From: an uncultured bacterium
Lineage (GTDB): Bacteria; Patescibacteriota; Gracilibacteria; UBA1369; PNNO01
DNA: 32,000 nt
Reading direction: 5' to 3'
NCBI GenBank assembly: GCA_963704705.1
Contig: OY969931.1
Coordinates: 600,001 to 632,000 of the forward strand
Shown: one piece after another, positions 29,150-32,000 of the stretch
Position numbering within the stretch: the stretch's first letter is position 1
Layout: each line of letters begins with the position of its first letter
The notes under the pieces: generated by a model
The model's database searches: none
Seen by the model: the letters and a program-made list of their open reading frames with translations, nothing else
What the model was told of the DNA's origin: nothing
Made by a program: the position numbers and the translations under genes

Positions 29150-30808
29150 TTAGAGATCCTGAATACTTGCGGCCATATCTATAATATACTGTTCGTTTTC
29201 AGCTCCTCCATGAACTTTATACAATAGCCCATCATCTCTTTTTATATAGATTGCCATTTCGCCGCCATCATAAACTTTTACTCCTGTATGGCTTCCAACT
29301 GAAATGCTGCTTCCGGAAGGTAAGCTTCCTGAAACAATATCAATACTTACCATCTCGTTTCCATTTTCTACAGGTTCGTTGCTGAATCCGTAATGGTGAG
29401 ATACATCACCACCGCCGTTTGTGCCGCTAAAATACCAATTTGAAGGGTATTGAGCATTAAAATCATATGGAGAACTTTCAAAATATCTGTAACCTTCTTT
29501 TACAGTAGCTGCTTCTTCAGCACCTGTGTCAGTTAGATTCACTATGGTTTTTTCAGCTGATTCAACGGGATTTTCTCCCTCAACTCTTTGCCATGAAGTT
29601 GTTTCACCTGGTTTGAAATACCCAACTACATCTGTATTTAATCCGCCATTTTGATTATAAGTGAGAAGTACTCTTCTATAAGCGCTTCCGTCAGTATATT
29701 CAACATAAACATAATTTGGATCTACAAATTCAAAATTTGTTGCTTTCCATGTGCCTGATTCTGATTCCTCTGGTGCAATAGTATCAATAGTTTCATTTAT
29801 ATATTGAGCAATTACACCGTAAGAACTGCTTGTAGCAACAGGTTGTGATGCTGGCTCCGGCTCAGCTACTGGTTCAGCTTTTGGCACATCCTCCACAACT
29901 GGTATGTCCTCTTTGACATCTTCTTTTGTTGTTTGATCTTCAGGTACTTCTACTACAGGCAAATCTGTTTCTTGCTCATTCATTCCTATAAATTGAAATG
30001 TTGATAGCATACTGAAGAAAGTATTCCTGTTATTTAAAGTATTTGTATTGTCAGCACCCTTAAAGCTGAATACGTATAGATATTCATTTCGTGTAAGCCA
30101 AACATTTACTTCCAATTTATCTGAACTTTCTTTTTTAAGTCCTTCAAGTTTGTCGATTCCAATTAAGCTTTGAGTATAACCTAAATTACTGAGTTCATCA
30201 GCGTCTGATGGAAGTTCAAGAAATGTTTCCACTTGTTCTTTATCAGGATTTGGAAGTCTTTTAATTATGATTAAATCAGGTTTTGTTTGATCCATTGTTG
30301 TCTCTTCAGCTGCTGTAACTTCAGGTTTAACAACCGGTGCGGTAAAAGTCACTTCGTCTGTGCCTTCTTCAACTTTCCAGCTATCCAAATAAGTTAAACT
30401 AAAACCAAGATCTGCATTTTTATATTCCTGTTGAGTTCCTGTTTCAGTTGTATCTTCTACTAAATCGATACTTCTAACATCCATAATATCTTTCCCGTCT
30501 TCTGCATTACCTAAAACACCTCTTACTTCAACTTTTTTATTTAGATATTTTTCCTGATCTAAATCGATATTATTACTTTTAAGTCTTATTGTGTGGCCTC
30601 CGCTTACTTCAAGTAGATGAGTGCCTTCTCCCACACTCATTCCGCCCAAAGATTTTAGTGTTCCAATTCTTTTTTGCTGAACCTGTTCTTCAGCAAGTGT
30701 ATTATTGTTCTGTTCTCCGTCAAAAGGCCAGCATCCGCTAGCAATCATAGAAAAACTTAGTAGCATAATAATAAGAAGACCCTTCGAAAGGAATGATCTG
30801 GTTTTCAT
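29150..30808 (-). CDS. Predicted lipoprotein of unknown function
   Basis: Signal/lipobox IIMLLSFSMIASGC. An OB-like segment (KKVEVRGVLGNAEDGKDIMDVRSIDL) and two similar segments (YKNADLGFSLTYLDSWKVE... and FESSPYDFNAQYPSNWYFS...). Confidence 0.75.
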   Translation of the reverse strand: MKTRSFLSKGLLIIMLLSFSMIASGCWPFDGEQNNNTLAEEQVQQKRIGTLKSLGGMSVGEGTHLLEVSGGHTIRLKSNNIDLDQEKYLNKKVEVRGVLGNAEDGKDIMDVRSIDLVEDTTETGTQQEYKNADLGFSLTYLDSWKVEEGTDEVTFTAPVVKPEVTAAEETTMDQTKPDLIIIKRLPNPDKEQVETFLELPSDADELSNLGYTQSLIGIDKLEGLKKESSDKLEVNVWLTRNEYLYVFSFKGADNTNTLNNRNTFFSMLSTFQFIGMNEQETDLPVVEVPEDQTTKEDVKEDIPVVEDVPKAEPVAEPEPASQPVATSSSYGVIAQYINETIDTIAPEESESGTWKATNFEFVDPNYVYVEYTDGSAYRRVLLTYNQNGGLNTDVVGYFKPGETTSWQRVEGENPVESAEKTIVNLTDTGAEEAATVKEGYRYFESSPYDFNAQYPSNWYFSGTNGGGDVSHHYGFSNEPVENGNEMVSIDIVSGSLPSGSSISVGSHTGVKVYDGGEMAIYIKRDDGLLYKVHGGAENEQYIIDMAASIQDL

Positions 30809-30869
30809 AATTAATAGATTAAAGTGTACATATAATTGGCTTTGATAAAAAGCAATCAGAATTATATCA

Positions 30870-31901
30870 TCACTTTATAATATTTGTAAATTCATATCCA
30901 AGATGTTCAAATGCAACTTTGGTCGCTATTCTTCCGCGATGAGTTCTTTCCAACATCCCGATTTTTAAAAGGTAAGGTTCGTATACTTCTTCAATTGTAT
31001 TTTGTTCTTCGGATGTGGCTGCGGATATTGCACTTAAGCCAACTGGTCCGCCACTAAATTTACTGATTATCAATTCTAAAATATCTCTGTCTGCCTGGTC
31101 TAAACCTATGTTATCAATACCAAGTGAAGAAAGACCTTCTTTAGCGGCTTCCAGGTTGATTGTGTCTAGATTCTTTACTTCAGCAAAATCCCTGATTCGT
31201 TTTAATAATCGATTTGCTATTCTTGGTGTCTGTCTTGAACTTTTTGAGATTTCCTTCGCTGCATTATCCTCAATTTTAAAATTCAATAAATTTGATGTTC
31301 TTTTAATTATTTCAAAAATATCCGCATTTGAATAAAAAGTAAGTTTAAATATGTTTCCGAAACGATCACGAAGCGGTGAAGATAGAAGGCTTACTTTTGT
31401 TGTTGCACCAATCAATGTGAATTTTGGAAGGTTGAGTCTTACTGATTTTGCGGAAGGACCCTGACCAATTATTATATCAATTCCAAAATCTTCCATGGCA
31501 GTATATAGAATTTCTTCGATTGCAGGTCTTAATCGGTGTATTTCATCAATAAATAAAATATCGTTTTCTTTTAAATTTGTTAGTATTGCAGCCAAATCTC
31601 CCTGTTTTTCCAATGCAGGTCCTGAAGTCATTTTAATGCTGACATTCATTTCTTTGGCAATAATATGAGCAAGGGTTGTTTTACCAAGTCCTGCCGGACC
31701 ATGTAATAAGATATGATCAAGAGGCTCTTTACGTTTTTTTGTGGCCTGAATTGCAATAGCTAAATTATTTTTTATTTCCTGCTGACCAATATATTCATCA
31801 AAATTTTGAGGTCTTAAAGTGAAATCCGGAATTATCTCCGTATTATCAACTATTCTTTCCGGTTTTTTTTTAGGTAAATTTGATATGCCTTCTTCAATCA
31901 T
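30870..31901 (-). CDS. ruvB: Holliday junction branch migration DNA helicase RuvB
   Basis: [52 protein letters not shown] and [17 protein letters not shown]. Confidence 0.96.
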   Translation of the reverse strand: MIEEGISNLPKKKPERIVDNTEIIPDFTLRPQNFDEYIGQQEIKNNLAIAIQATKKRKEPLDHILLHGPAGLGKTTLAHIIAKEMNVSIKMTSGPALEKQGDLAAILTNLKENDILFIDEIHRLRPAIEEILYTAMEDFGIDIIIGQGPSAKSVRLNLPKFTLIGATTKVSLLSSPLRDRFGNIFKLTFYSNADIFEIIKRTSNLLNFKIEDNAAKEISKSSRQTPRIANRLLKRIRDFAEVKNLDTINLEAAKEGLSSLGIDNIGLDQADRDILELIISKFSGGPVGLSAISAATSEEQNTIEEVYEPYLLKIGMLERTHRGRIATKVAFEHLGYEFTNIIK

Positions 31902-31906
31902 ATTTA

Positions 31907-32000
31907 TTATTCAGTAACAGGAACAGTAGTAGCGTTAATTTCGCAAGTATTTGGTTTACAGCCTTCAATATGCTGTGATAAGAACTTTTTAATACCCTCA
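31907..32000 (-). CDS. C-terminus of an unidentified protein (partial at right edge)
   Basis: Open minus-strand frame ending [30 protein letters not shown] just upstream of ruvB. Confidence 0.5.
   Translation of the reverse strand, partial: EGIKKFLSQHIEGCKPNTCEINATTVPVTE

Noticed and set aside
8189-31999. Alternative genetic code (UGA recoded) for the AT-rich organism
   Set aside because: Long housekeeping ORFs (infB, clpC, helicase, proS, ruvB) are full length under the standard bacterial code, so recoding need not be invoked.

Overview
The window is a compositional mosaic. Positions 1-~8060 and ~9806-10605 are GC-rich (hand counts 67% at 1381-1440 and 60% at 10021-10080). The rest is AT-rich and carries an intact bacterial housekeeping backbone (sample 35% at 11221-11280): PfkB-type kinase, rfbA, rfbD, proS, rfbB, FdtA/WxcM-like isomerase, infB, rmuC, a UvrD-PD-(D/E)XK helicase-nuclease, alpha/beta hydrolase, rpsA, clpC, a lipoprotein and ruvB. 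The left part is a cluster of secreted or lipoprotein-like genes. It holds a probable outer-membrane beta-barrel C-terminus, a giant Cys-rich lipoprotein with 59 DUF4215-like repeats followed by 8 C-x-D-G-x-D-N-D-G-D-G repeats (broken by three apparent -1 frameshifts), an AT-rich homologue of its C-terminal half, and a small GC-rich lipoprotein. Main leads: (1) the DUF4215-like array has hierarchical periodicities of ~99/300/600 bp, traceable by coordinate; (2) a ~440-nt structured RNA candidate at about 19803-20240 (+) has its own promoter, four C(UUCG)G hairpins, a 9-bp long-range helix and a U-run terminator, and I cannot match it to a known family; (3) a perfect CIRCE operator covers the -10 of a promoter for clpC; (4) the GC mosaic plus a homologous pair of repeat lipoproteins of contrasting composition suggests inter-phylum transfer, or else a chimeric contig. 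No CRISPR, tRNA, rRNA, transposase or integrase was recognised.
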